A stretch of 61,221 nt of DNA, filler included, from Squatina squatina (Eukaryota), in NCBI GenBank assembly GCA_031763465.1. It is 3 parts of 3 records of this genome, joined end to end, with 100 filler letters (N's around TTAATTAATTAA, not from the genome) between each part and the next. Parts side by side here need not be neighbours in the genome. Positions count along the whole stretch, not along the records: positions 45,092 to 61,221 come from JARFOE010000115.1; 2 more parts are not named here. One strand, given 5' to 3'. Made by a program: the position numbers and the translations under genes. Shown one piece after another: positions 47,626 through 60,897 of this stretch (the stretch's first letter is position 1; each line of letters opens with the position of its first letter). A model generated the notes under the pieces. The model was not told where the DNA came from. It worked only from the letters and a program-made list of their open reading frames with translations, and did not search any database.

Positions 47626-50600
47626 TTTTGATAGAACAAATAAGAAATGGCATGTTTACACATTGCCAGTCTTTTGTAGATTAGTTTTGTGACAGAAATA
47701 TATTTGTTGACATATTTTAGGAAGTTCCACGATTTGAAGATTCCCTAACACCCAAAGTGAACAAAATGCTAGAAAGAGTCAGGACTGTTCTGTGCAATAA
47801 ATAAAATTTGCCAATATATTTTCAGGATTTGTGAATAACATATAAACTCAACCACTTTTGTTGATAAACTTTCAAAGATTAGTTTAACAAGTAGATCAGG
47901 GACTTTGTTAAAAAATGTAAATATATTTTTAATCTTGTTCCTAAACTGCTGGTTAATGTGCCAGTAAATCACCTTGTTCAGTGATCTAGCCATACATTCC
48001 TAGAATTGTCAACAAATGTGTCTAATGTCTTGTGATTCGTCTCTAAGCTGTTAAAGTCTGAGATACACTTCAATCTTCAATTTTGGTGACTGATTTCTTA
48101 CAGGAATTTGATATGAGGCTGGAATATTTCACAGGGGTGTGCCATGATACTCTTGTTTCTCCCTGTGCTGTAGAAGAATTTTGTAATTTTTATTTTCAAT
48201 TCNNNNNNNNNNNNNNNNNNNNNNNNNNNNNNNNNNNNNNNNNNNNNNNNNNNNNNNNNNNNNNNNNNNNNNNNNNNNNNNNNNNNNNNNNNNNNNNNNN
48301 NNTGTATCACGGTGGTATTTCTATTTATTGCACCAATACAATTTACCTGCTATCAAAGCAAGATTATTTGTTTTCTTCCTGCCTCACCTCCCTCATTTCC
48401 TGGAGACCACTCTTTGCCTCGTGTACGTCGCCCAAGTAGCAGTTGCTCGAGTGAGTGTTTGTTGTCCTTCCCCTCTTTTCTTTTCTACCTGTTTTCTTTC
48501 TACCCCAACTGCCTTCCTGAAGTTGCTGACCCTGTGCTGGGATATGGTTCCATTGGAGCTGCTGGCCATTCAGTACCTCGTATGCGAGCCTAGATGGATA
48601 GACTAGAGAAGCTGGTGTGGTTCGCTTTTATGTCTTTGGTTTCTCTTTTGCTGTGCGAGTTACTTGTGTTGGAGTTGAAAATGATTGAGATGACTCAGCA
48701 ACTTGAAACAAACTTTGTATTCACAACCAGCAGGGTTCTTCAGCATTAGACTAAGGCCGGGTCCAGGCTGCTTAACTATACCTCGCACTGTAGATCGACT
48801 TACACTGCTCTGAGCTCCAAAATGGAACTCCAAGTTCAACTGAACACAGGTGAGAAGAGGAGTAAGAGAGAGAAAGAGGTGTGGGCTTACAAAGATCACA
48901 TCATTACATACCCATACAATTGAGCTACCGCAGTTGATACAAGGCAAACTCAAAACGTCAATCATGATACATAACATTCTCCTTGGAGCAGAGACGGCTA
49001 AGAGGAGATTTGATAGAGGTATTTAAAATCATGAAGGGTTTAGACAGAGTAAATAAAAACTGTTTCCAATGGCTTAAGGGTCAATAACCAGAGGGANNNN
49101 NNNNNNNNNNNNNNNNNNNNNNNNNNNNNNNNNNNNNNNNNNNNNNNNNNNNNNNNNNNNNNNNNNNNNNNNNNNNNNNNNNNNNNNNNNNNNNNNCAAT
49201 TGCTTGGTTTTACCATACGTAAAATAGTTAGAGATTTCCAGTGCAAGTGTGGAGAACATCTCACAAAGCTCAGCACTGGAAATCTGTTTTCTAGTCTAAG
49301 TGTTGGATCTGTCAAGACAGATCTTGCCAGATCGCAAGTGCCGGATCTGCGGGCCTGTGCAAAGTAGCCACAGATTCGGCACTTGCAAGGTCTCTCCGGG
49401 TGCGTGGGAATATTGTTCCCACCTGGGGGTGGATCACGATTTCAGGCCCAGCTTTTCATAAAATAGATGAAAATTTGTTGTATAATCAATTTTTACAGAC
49501 TTGTTTGCTCATGCCATTTGTACTATGGGTCACTAGCAGAGAACAATACATCTTCTGAAGGCTGGGAGGGAAAACAAGTTTTCAAATAGATTGCACACTT
49601 TAATCTGCTTTAAATGCAGTCATGTAGAGTATGGTGGGGCAAAAGCAGGCAGAATTAATGTTATTTGGAGAGTTTACAAATGGATGTTACAGGGTTGTCC
49701 AGCTTGTACATTTTATATTGTGTCATAGGACATTTACTCTAACGCACACTTTGTTATAACATTAAAAATGTTTGGTTCCCAATGTTCATTTCCTAATGAG
49801 AATGGACTGTGTACACTGTCAATTTACCCAATGTGCCCATTTTTTTCTTTCTATTTTGGCAGTGATTATTTTTCTGGCTCAATGGCGTATTAGGATTAAG
49901 GGTATATCCAGTGTGCAGTTACAATGTTCTTAATTTAAAACAGGAGTTCCTTTTTGTAAGGTTATTAAATCAGTACATTTTGATTGCGCACGTCACTTTT
50001 ATGTATGAGGTCTTAGTTCTTATAATTGATTGATAGCAGATCAGATGAAAGATATGAAGTTCTAGAAAATCCACAAACATTTTGACATTTAAAACAATTA
50101 GATTTCAAACCTTGGTAGCTTGTGGATCAACAATATTTTTAAATAAATAAAGGAGACAAATAACAAAATTCGAAGGTTGTATTATAACCAGTATGTTGAT
50201 CAATGTGGGACCTGTTACTTGTGCGAAAACCATGATTTTCTTTGTTTTCAGTCGCAACCTCTGTGCTGGTTGATAATGTATAACACAACACATTGAGATT
50301 CAATGACCCTGATATCCCGCTGCACAGGCTGGGANNNNNNNNNNNNNNNNNNNNNNNNNNNNNNNNNNNNNNNNNNNNNNNNNNNNNNNNNNNNNNNNNN
50401 NNNNNNNNNNNNNNNNNNNNNNNNNNNNNNNNNNTTGTTAGACTGATCCGGGCAACATTTCTATTTTGTACTCTCAGATTTAGGTTTTCTTGAGGTGAGA
50501 GTGTTGAATTCCTTCAGATTGACTGTTGGACTGCTTTGAGATTTCGTAATTGAGACTGAATTAGCACCACATTAAAATCTGGCCTAAGTAAATTAACAGA

Positions 50601-50642
50601 AGGAATTCTATCTTTGAACTAAATCAATATCATATTTCACAG

Positions 50643-50818
50643 GGAAAGAACAAAGCAGCAAGAAAAAATCGTGGAGCAGGCAGCCGCTTTCCTTCAGAGA
50701 ATAAGGATTGAACTGGCAGTGCTTCGGGAAGAAGTGAGGAACAATTTGGTGATATGGGGCCCTTTCAGCAAAACATTGACGCATTGCATGGAGGTCACCA
50801 GCAGTGCTGTACAGACGG
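50643..50818 (+). CDS. LEKR1: LEKR1 coiled-coil exon (ERTKQQEKIVEQAAAFLQRIRIELAVLREEVRNNLVIW...)
   Basis: cacag acceptor and GTGAGT donor, 176 nt; joins in phase with 52218; synteny with CCNL1. Confidence 0.75.
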
Positions 50819-52217
50819 GTGAGTGTAATCTTGTTACTGGTGCTGAAACATAAAAATGGCTCGTGGATTGCAGCTAAAGACTAATAAATACAAACTGTAT
50901 TTTATTAGCCTAATTAGGTTTGCCAAGTTTCGACACAAACTGGTCNNNNNNNNNNNNNNNNNNNNNNNNNNNNNNNNNNNNNNNNNNNNNNNNNNNNNNN
51001 NNNNNNNNNNNNNNNNNNNNNNNNNNNNNNNNNNNNNNNNNNNNNGATAAAACCCCAGACTGTCCGTTCGTAAGGAGTGAAAGGAGGGAATTTAGGATTC
51101 ATCTGGTTCCTTGGCATATATTTGTCTGGATATCAAAACCCAGCTTTCTTACACAATTTTGAATTAAGAGAAGTACATTGTATATCATTTAGCACCAAGC
51201 TAATTGTATTGCCTAATAAATGCCACGATGATAAATGATGAATGTTGATTGCAAAGGCTGTTAACTACATTTACAGGTAATTAAATTTCCAACTTAAGGG
51301 CCACTAATTGTGATGTATTTCTTAACAAGCAAATTCTATTTAGCGAGACTGGCAAGTTTACATTGGGTGAATTTCCTGAGTTAGGCATTTGCAAGGCCAC
51401 ACTGGTACCATTGATGCATGATGATTGACAAGTTTGTCTTTGTAAGACTTTTTCACTGGCTCAACTTTGATTCATTGTGAATGATGTCTATTTTCCTTTG
51501 TACCAGCTTGGGTCAAAGGAAAAAGAAATGTATAACTGTTATTGGTGCCCTAGATTCTCCAATTCCTGTCTTGCTGTATTGCTACTTGGGACATGGCATC
51601 ACAGGAATGTATAGGAACAGAAAAGGCCATCATGATTCATCTGGCCTTTCCAAGATTCAGTGAAGTGTATTTCTTGTGTAAAAGCTTTAATCAAAGAAAC
51701 ACAGATAACTTAATAGTTCTGGGACTCTTATTATTTGGGAACTATTGTAAACCACTGGTGAGAAATCAAGTATTCTATTACTGTATTCATTCTGCTAATT
51801 GATCCATTTGCAGTTTTTAGTCAGTATGGTATTTTCCACTGGACATCAGGGACTAGAAATTCATCTCCTGTTGCGCCCCGTTAGCACCTCTGAGGGGCAC
51901 TAACGGGGCAAAACAGGACAAAATGGNNNNNNNNNNNNNNNNNNNNNNNNNNNNNNNNNNNNNNNNNNNNNNNNNNNNNNNNNNNNNNNNNNNNNNNNNN
52001 NNNNNNNNNNNNNNNNNNNNNNNNNNAACTGCATGCCTTGGCAACTGACCACCCCTACATGAAATGGGATTGGGACACTTAGTTCTGAATCATTCATCCG
52101 ATTTGAACAAGAAGGCTGATAAATTGAGATTTATATTTAATGCATAAAAGCAGGATTGAAGGAGACCAAAATAGAGAGAGCTACATTAATGAAATTAAAA
52201 TTGTTTTTTGCTTTCAG

Positions 52218-52403
52218 AAATTTTTGGATTTCAAGAAAGCCTTAAGAAATCCAGTCAAGAGATAGATTTTCTTCAACAGCAAGTAAAAGAGTTACAGCTT
52301 TCATCAGACACAGTTGAACTACAAACCCATCAACTTCATGTTTTAGCACAGAAAGAAGCTGAACTCCAAATCAGATGTCATGAATTGCAGAAACAGACAC
52401 TCG
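52218..52403 (+). CDS. LEKR1: LEKR1 exon (EIFGFQESLKKSSQE...EAELQIRCHELQKQTL)
   Basis: ctttcag acceptor and GTATGA donor, 186 nt. Resembles recalled LEKR1 QEVNLQTRCYDLQKEVL. Confidence 0.8.
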
Positions 52404-54029
52404 GTATGAGACTTCTGCTCAAGAACATTGATTCATTTATATATGATGTGACTGCCTTAAAAATCCAGTGAGGTCATAGTGACCAACAATTGTTTTGTGT
52501 AATTATGCATACAAAGAATCTCAGCGTGATTTGCTGTGCCTACACTTAGGGAAAAAAAGTCAGAATGGCATTAAAACAGTGGTATCAAAATCCAGAAATG
52601 GCTGTTTTAACCCTGTGAAGCAAATTATCTCCTTTCTGTTGACCACGTCTGACATTTGTCGCATAACTCCACCGAGCTACATTCAGTGGGTCTGCCAAAA
52701 CAGTAGCTTTTCAAATCTTGACTATTTAGAACTCCATGGTGTGAATCATGCTGAAGCATTTTTGCTCCAAGGAATTCTACNNNNNNNNNNAAAAGTCATT
52801 TTCCAGAAATTGCAAGAAGCTGTTAGGGTTATGTAATTACAGCAGATAGTTCGCTTCTGTCAGATTTCTATATATATGTAAATATATGAATGGTGTCTCA
52901 TTAATGACCTAGCCAGTGATGAGTTCAGTATTTCAGTATGCAGAAATGTAATTTGGAGGAGCAGCATTTGTTGTCTTCACAGATATCTGCACTGTGGCCT
53001 TACTGGGGATATATGTGCCCTTTATAAAGTTGATGACTCCAAATGTGTTGTCATCAGGTTTTTAGATATTAGAATGTAGTTTGTTTTTTTAAGTGTCTTT
53101 CAGTGTTTCACCCTTTACCATGGTTTCCATTTGTTATATTCTCTCTCACTTGCTGAGAGGACAGTGGACCTTCCAGGATTATACTAACACAACTTGTAAA
53201 TTGACAATTTACATTGTTCAACTGCACCCTTGCTCTTTCTTAACCCCCCCCCCCCCACCCCCCCCNNNNNNNNNNNNNNNNNNNNNNNNNNNNNNNNNNN
53301 NNNNNNNNNNNNNNNNNNNNNNNNNNNNNNNNNNNNNNNNNNNNNNNNNNNNNNNNNNNNNNNNNTGTAATCTGTGCTATATATGGATCGTGAACTGCTG
53401 ATGTTGTGGTTCAAAAATAACTTCGTTCTCAAACATTAGATAAGCTATTTGTTAATAAAACATTGTAGTGTTGGCAGCTGTTTAAAGTGGAAAATGATTT
53501 TCCAAGGTTATCTGTTTGGCTGGTCTTTATTGTGAAACTGATTTACTTCTAAGCCAGTCGTTGCAATAATAAAAATCACGTAACACTGCACTGTTGCTTC
53601 TGGTCCTGGAACTAATCCAGCTACTCTGTCCTTACAGCTGTTTGGCATTTGGAGCAAATAATGTCATATGCAAAATATTATTGAAAGCCTCAGTCAGACC
53701 AGGGCAACTTGTCCTGCTACTAGGATCCAGTGCACAGAGTTTGCAAAGAAGAATTTGTTCCAAGTAATGGTTTTAGGGTCAAAGCCAAAGTAGTCTTAGT
53801 AACAAGTTTATTTCATGTATGTGCTATCCAGATTGGTTGTATTTAGTATCTCACAAGATGTTCTGGTAGTTCATTTGAAAGTAAAAAATATTTTTCAAAG
53901 CAGAATAAACAAAACCTGCAAAAAGAACTTGCAATGTATATATTGTAAGTATTTTCATTGCCATGGTAATTCAGTTGTGATCGCACACCAACTGTACGTT
54001 GAGAGACNNNNNNNNNNAAATGTTTTACA

Positions 54030-54425
54030 TATTCTTTGAGGGAAGTAAAGGTGGACATAGCAGAGGTTCTGGCCACAATCTTTCAATCTTCCCTGAATAT
54101 GGGAGTGGTGCCAGAGGACTAGAGAGTTGCAAATGTGACACCCCTGTTCCTAAAAGGGAGAGGGATAAACCCAATAACTGCAGCCCAGTCAGCCTGCCGT
54201 TGGTGGTGGGGAAACTTCATGAGATCATAATCCAGGACAAAATTAATTTTCACTTGTAAAAACACCAGTTAATTAATGAGAGCCAACACGGATTTATTAA
54301 AGGCAAGTCGTGTCTGACAAACTTGATTGAGTTTTTCAATGAAATAATGGAGAGGGTTGATGACAGTAGTGCAGTTGATGTGTATATATTTGATGTGTCA
54401 AAAGGTATTTGAGTACCATATAATA
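54030..54425 (+). mobile_element. CR1-type LINE reverse-transcriptase fragment
   Basis: Encodes VANVTPLF, PVSLPLVVGKL and SQHGFIKGKSCLTNLIEFFNEIMERVD..AVDVYIFD. Confidence 0.9.
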
Positions 54426-55229
54426 GACTCTTTTCTCTCCCCCCCACCACCCCCCCCCCCCGATAATGTCATTGTGTGCAGAAACGGCAGCAAGTTGAGC
54501 CATGTTTCTATGTTTCTATGTTTGAAAATCAGTGAATTGATTTTGCAAGGCCCAGTGTGNNNNNNNNNNNNNNNNNNNNNNNNNNNNNNNNNNNNNNNNN
54601 NNNNNNNNNNNNNNNNNNNNNNNNNNNNNNNNNNNNNNNNNNNNNNNNNNNNNNNNNNNGGGGATCAGCAAATAAATAAAAAGTTTGGGCACCTCCAATT
54701 TATATTCAATGATATCTACCAAAGGTGGGCCCATTTCCCCATTGCATCTTGCTCTGTTGCATCTGTAATCGATTTTTCTCACAGGAGCTCCTCAGCCCCG
54801 TGCAGATCTTCCTCAAATTTGATTTTTCCCTGATATTGGGTTGATGTTAAAAGCTGTGAAGATTACAGTTAAGTGGACCTAACCACCAGTGATTTAAGTT
54901 TGAACTTTACAGTAATGATAAAATTAAACATTTTCTAGCTTGGACAATGTTGTAGATTACAAAATATTATAACCTGAGGGGTTGGTGTGTTTCAGTACTA
55001 TATTATTTGACCAAGCTTACAGTCACCGAGTCACACCCCTTAGTTTCTCCTGCCATGTCTCAGCCTCTGCTGTCTATACATAAATTTGGAGACATTTTCA
55101 ACATTAAATACACTATATAAAAACAAGTTGTTGTTTGAGTTCCCATAGTAACTATAACTAAAAGGGTTGCGTCAGTGTAACCCATTATGCTCTAAATATA
55201 TAATTCCTCACTGTACTTGCCGTCCTTGA

Positions 55230-55510
55230 TGAGACAAAGAACAACCTGCATTTATAAAATGCTTTTAACATAGTAAAACGCTTTACAGGAGCGTCATCAG
55301 ACAAAATTTGACGCTGAGCAACATGAGATTATTACTGCATCAAAGAGGCAGGTTTTAAGGCGTGGCTTAAACGAGAGAGGTTTAGCGAGGGAATTACCGA
55401 GCTTTAGGGCCTAGACAACTGAGGGGCCGGCTGTCGGTGTTGGGGCGAAGGGAGTGGGGGAATGCACAAGGGGCCAAAATTGGAGGAAAGTAGAGCTCTC
55501 TGAGAGTAAT
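55230..55510 (-). mobile_element. L2-clade LINE 3' end
   Basis: Similar to 13722-14015 (caaaatttgacgctgagc, gtttagcgagggaatt). Confidence 0.75.
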
Positions 55511-56841
55511 GCCAGACCTGCAACTCTCACTCCTGCATGGGATTGCCGTCTGCTCCCTCTGACTTCCTGCTGGCAGTTACCATCAGCCCTTCTAGTCTCT
55601 GATTTTGGGTTTGGTGCTTATTTAAAAAAGAATGGATGATGCCAAATTTAATCATCATTACTTTTATATCCACACAGGAATAAATCAAAGGAGGCAGCAT
55701 ATCTTCTCTCAAAGGTAACAAATCTGGAGTGTGCACGTAAAGAAGTGGAATCCAGGTAGGGTTTCTCTTGCTGTTGTGCAATACCAGTAATGTACCCAGG
55801 AGATAATTTCAGCTACTGGTATTCTTTATATTATCACAGACACTGCAAAGAAATAAATGAAAAAGAGGAGTCCCCAAGTTTAAATACACCTGCTAGTGTG
55901 GCACTGAAACATAGAGAATGAGAATATAAAATTAATTGAACCTCAACAAATAAAAAGTAATCCTGGTTGTAATGCAGGTGAATGCTGTATGAGTTGCTTG
56001 CCCTGTTTCCCCTGCACTGACTCCACTCCACCAGGGCGGCAGCAGCGAGGGAGGGGGCGGTTGGCGGGAACGCGCGATCATGTCCTACCCCGGCCACTGT
56101 CCTAACCATGGGGATTAGCCAATGCCTTTGCTCTTTGCTCCCTGCGCTTGACCCAGCCAATTGCGGCGCGGTTTCAAGGTTCCGCGAAGCTGTGATGGCG
56201 CCGGTGAAGCTCTGCATCCCTGGTGAGTTTGGGTGATGCTGGTGTCTGAGGGAGAGATGGTGATACTGAGGTCTGAAGGATATTGGAGGTGTCATAGCGG
56301 GTGGGGNNNNNNNNNNNNNNNNNNNNNNNNNNNNNNNNNNNNNNNNNNNNNNNNNNNNNNNNNNNNNNNNNNNNNNNNNNNNNNNNNNNNNNNNNNNNNN
56401 NNNNNNAATATGGTGTTTGTGGAGGAGACTTTAGTTGAAAGGAATAATACACCTTTGAGTAATTTACTTTTCACTCAAATTAATAGTTGGCATGGTTAAG
56501 TAGATTTCATCAGTTTCCTGATAACTGAAGGAGATGAAATGGCTCGTTTGTATATTAATCATAAAACCTATTTAAAATTACTTGCAACTAAGATGATAAG
56601 CGGTTTGCCTAATGGCTTATCGCTCTTTCCACAGCTCCATTCGTCGAGGTGAGAGTCACTGGTGGATGAAAGGCTCGACACCCCCACAAATTTCAGAAAT
56701 CATAATTAAAATAATTGTAATTGTCTTTCTGATAATTTTGCAAATTGTAGGATAATAAGTTTCAAGTGTTGGGAAATCTAATATTTAAAATCACTTTGAC
56801 TACTTTTCTATGTGGATTAAGTATTGGATGCTTTTTGTTAG

Positions 56842-57129
56842 GTTTCTGGCTTAGTCAGTGCCGCCACCAAAGAATTACAGTTGGAAGTAAGCAGGATGAA
56901 GAAAAAGCTTCAAGGGACAATGGAGACAGAGCGTTCCAAAGATGATGAAATCTGTAACCTGGTAAAGGTAATCTCTCAGCTAGAGGCTCAGTTAAAACAA
57001 GAACAGGACAAAGTAGATTCCATGACTGAGGAACTGAGGACTGAAATACAGCAGAAATCAACAGAGATAAGTCAAACACGGCAGGAGGTACACCAGCTAA
57101 AAGAGGAGCTGGACCAGGCTGAGAAACAG
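56842..57129 (+). CDS. LEKR1: LEKR1 exon, 96 codons (VSGLVSAATKELQLEVSRMKKKL...ELDQAEKQ)
   Basis: tgttag acceptor and GTATGT donor, 288 nt, phase 0/0. Resembles recalled ISDLITGATRDLRQEVTTLKEKL..LRKEMEQKSDEL. Confidence 0.82.
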
Positions 57130-57235
57130 GTATGTATCCATATGCTTACTACAAAAAACTATCATTAAAACATTTTTAAGAGTACATTAACTTCCTCTAT
57201 TTAGCTCCCCAATGGCTCAACAAGTTTATACATTA

Positions 57236-57326
57236 AGTAAAAACAGAAAATGCTGGAAATACACAGCATCTGTGGAGAAAGAAACAGAGTTAATGTTTCA
57301 GGTTGATGAACTGTCATCAGAACTCC
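57236..57326 (-). mobile_element. Solo Penelope-type terminal repeat
   Basis: Homologous to 35560-35663 (aaaaacagaaaatgctggaaat..gtggaga..gaaacagagt..tgtttcag). Confidence 0.8.
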
Positions 57327-60099
57327 ATTAAATAGTTGAGCNNNNNNNNNNNNNNNNNNNNNNNNNNNNNNNNNNNNNNNNNNNNNNNNNNNNNNNNNNN
57401 NNNNNNNNNNNNNNNNNNNNNNNNNNNNNNNNNNNNNNNNNCCACAGAACCATACAAAAAAGATACAGCACAGAAGGGCCATTCGGCCAATAATTAACAG
57501 CATAATTAGACCAGAAAAGCTTAAGCCTTCGTCAGTTCAATTGATTTCACTGATTGCTGGCTATGGGGAGTTCCACAACGCAGCTCTGAATCCTGAAGTT
57601 ACAGTCAATTTCAGAGGGGCAATGATGGCAAACGTTGACAGTTCGTCATCATTACCAACCTGAATTCTGGACCAAAGTGTTTTTACTATAAAGATTTATA
57701 AAAAGGAAGTATTTAAGGACAGTGAAGAAGTTATTAATATTGTTTGCTGTAGCAATCAAACCCACCAGGACACTATTATACCTTTCCTAAATGTAGCCAA
57801 GGCATTCATCAGGTTGTTTGACAATTTGGGTTTGCCATCCTCCATATACTGGAATTAGAGAGGGAATTTTGAAAATGATCATTATACAAAGGAAGTGGTG
57901 ACAGAAGCTCTCAGCCATTTGTTCCTCCCGACAGCTTTTTGCTGAAACCCCCGAGTGCACTAAAGCAAAAAACAACCATAACATTAAAGATAGAGATGTC
58001 AAAGGATAAAAACACAAAATATCCTTATATTGTGTAGTGCTATTCTCCTATGTAGCCAAACCATTGATCTAAACCTACTGTGAACCCTCTGTACGATTAA
58101 TTGCTTCTGAAGATTCAAGACCAACTCTTCTAACAGTTGAATCTACCTCAAATCAAAGACCTATAAAATTGGGAGCTTCCAGGATTCTGTGCATTTTATT
58201 GCTGGGAAGGCCCAACACATCAAAATGAGCATCTTGCCCTGTATTTCCTATTTGTTGCACTTGTAGTGGCCCCCATCAACAAAGTCAAAGAACTAGACCA
58301 TTGAGTTAGAATTTTCATCTGACAAAATAGGCAAGTATGATTAATGTTCAAGATCCTGCATCTCCCTCGAGTTCAGTGGAACTAAATTTGCTATGTTGAA
58401 CTTTAAAGTTGTATTATTGGATGTATTACATATACAATCCACAGAGGGTAGAACCACTTCTCTAAAACATGGAATCCCTCCACTAAGGTATTATCTCTAC
58501 CAATCCCAGCTCACGGAACGGAGAACACTTACTCAGAGGAATTAAATACTGATCTTCCTGTCTTACATCAGATTACCATAAAATGTTATCATCACAAAGT
58601 GCTTTTAGTTCCTTATGTTTTTCTATTCATTTATCCTGCTTTACTGTTGCTTTCTTTGTACTGTCTCTTACTAAAATCACTTTGCACTTTCAGCATAATG
58701 TAGGGTAGCGCCCTTAAGGGATGGAATAAACATCTGACATTTGCTGAGGAGAACTGCATGTTCTCTGATGATAACATTCTGTACAATGTTGTGACTTTTT
58801 GTTCTGCAATAATAAGATACAATAAGCATGATCTTTTAAAAAAATCAAATTATTGAGCTGAAATTAAATTGCAGTAATAACATTTATGTGCACTTTCTTG
58901 TTAAATTCAGAATAACTCGAAGTTAACAGAAATGTATTCCAAAACAAAATGTAATCGTTTCAAATATGAGGCTGAAAATGTATGTGCATCTNNNNNNNNN
59001 NNNNNNNNNNNNNNNNNNNNNNNNNNNNNNNNNNNNNNNNNNNNNNNNNNNNNNNNNNNNNNNNNNNNNNNNNNNNNNNNNNNNNNNNNNNCCCACAATG
59101 GGGCTCAATTTGCGGCCCCTACGAGCGCGTAGGAGCCCCGCAAATTCCGTGTTTAAGAATGCACGGTGTATGCGTCGAAACCCGGAACTTGTAATCTGTC
59201 AAGAATCCTCTTGACAGATTGTACGAATCTGACAGAAATGGGCATTCGCTGGTGGAGAGCTGGACTATTTGCCCAACATCTGCCCAGCAAATGTCCGTGA
59301 AATTCTTACGCCTGCTTTTATCAGCATAAGACTTTTGAAGGACAGAAAAATACATTTTTTTTCAATAATTTAAACATTTAAAAACCTGTGAAATAAAGTA
59401 AGTTTATTTTTAGACCCTTTAAGATATGTAAAAAAAAAATTAAATTCTTGTTTTAAATAATTAGTTCTATTCCATTTTAAATTAATTTTAAATGGGTGCA
59501 AATGTATTAAATATAATTATACACCCAGAGATCTCTCTTACATAGGATGTGGGTCTGGTCCATACTTAATAGGTTCAATTAATTGCCAATAGCTTCTCAC
59601 CAATACAGTGTTAACTTAAATTAAATGATAAATGGCCTGCACTTTTTAATTGCCATTATTTTAACACTGGGGCCAACACATTCAAATAATGAGTTACAGC
59701 GAGCATTAAAGTAACGCTGATTAAAAATGTCTTGTTAATATCACTTACTGAGCTATTCTGCAAACATTTTAATACACAAGGTAACATCACATTGAGTACA
59801 ATGTGTGCACCTTCATATGGTAATCACCCACATGCTGTTCCTTATTTGCATGCATTCAATTGGGTGTGTTCTTCAGTCGGTCACGTATGGTTCCCCCTTA
59901 GCCCAGACTTGTTTTACTGCCTGTAGATATTGTTTACTGAAAAAAAATGTCAGTTCAACCTGAAGGATTAAAGTTTTGTTTTTGAATTGCAGAAATACTT
60001 CTTAACCCTTCTGCTACTGAACTTAAAATATATATCCTAACACAGAATGGCCCTAATGGTCTGTAATGTAATAATGCAGCTAATAGAGTTAGAGAAATG

Positions 60100-60460
60100 T
60101 TCAGCTCTCTAATGGCTCAGTGGGTGAATGCACTGCCTGACCTATGCAGACCAGCAAGATCTTGGGTTTCATCCCCAATCTGTGCCAAACTAGCTGATCT
60201 TCCTTACAGCAGTAGTGGGAACTCTCTAATTGCTGCACACTTGGCTGGAAAGGGAAAACAAGTCAGTCAGCTTTCCTATTCCTAATCACCATCCAGTCAA
60301 TCCAGCTACAAATTTCTTGTTTGTGAAAGGGTAGAATGAGATTTGCCTGTGGCACCCCACCCACCCAGTGGAACAGCCCAATGGCGCTCACTGTCTAGGC
60401 TCATAGCTCATATATGAGGAATGACCACTTGGGTGATCACCTAAGGATCTGTACCCCACC
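60100..60460 (+). mobile_element. Old tRNA-headed SINE-like repeat, family unassigned
   Basis: A-box-like TGGCTCAGTGGG followed by a degenerate B box (gggtttcatcccc). The body differs from the Deu-SINE. Confidence 0.45.
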
Positions 60461-60897
60461 NNNNNNNNNNNNNNNNNNNNNNNNNNNNNNNNNNNNNNNN
60501 NNNNNNNNNNNNNNNNNNNNNNNNNNNNNNNNNNNNNNNNNNNNNNNNNNNNNNNNNNNNCCTGGCCAATATTTATCCCTCAAACAACATCACAAACACA
60601 GATCATCAAAAACAAATATACCCAGTGTCCATTTACAATGTATGAAAATAAGGCATATTTCTACAGCAATCCCCTTTTCTGTGGAATGGAGAAAAACTCT
60701 ACATACATAAGTTTGCCCATGGTTAACTGTACACTGTGAAATAAAGTATTTCTGAAAGTGTACAAATTATTTTCCTTTGCACAAACCAAAGAACTTTGTT
60801 TTTAAACCAAACCCTTACAAAAGCATCATTTACAAGTCAATACACTACACATTTAACGTAATTACATTTAGCATTTTCTAAATTAGCTCTTCAGTAT

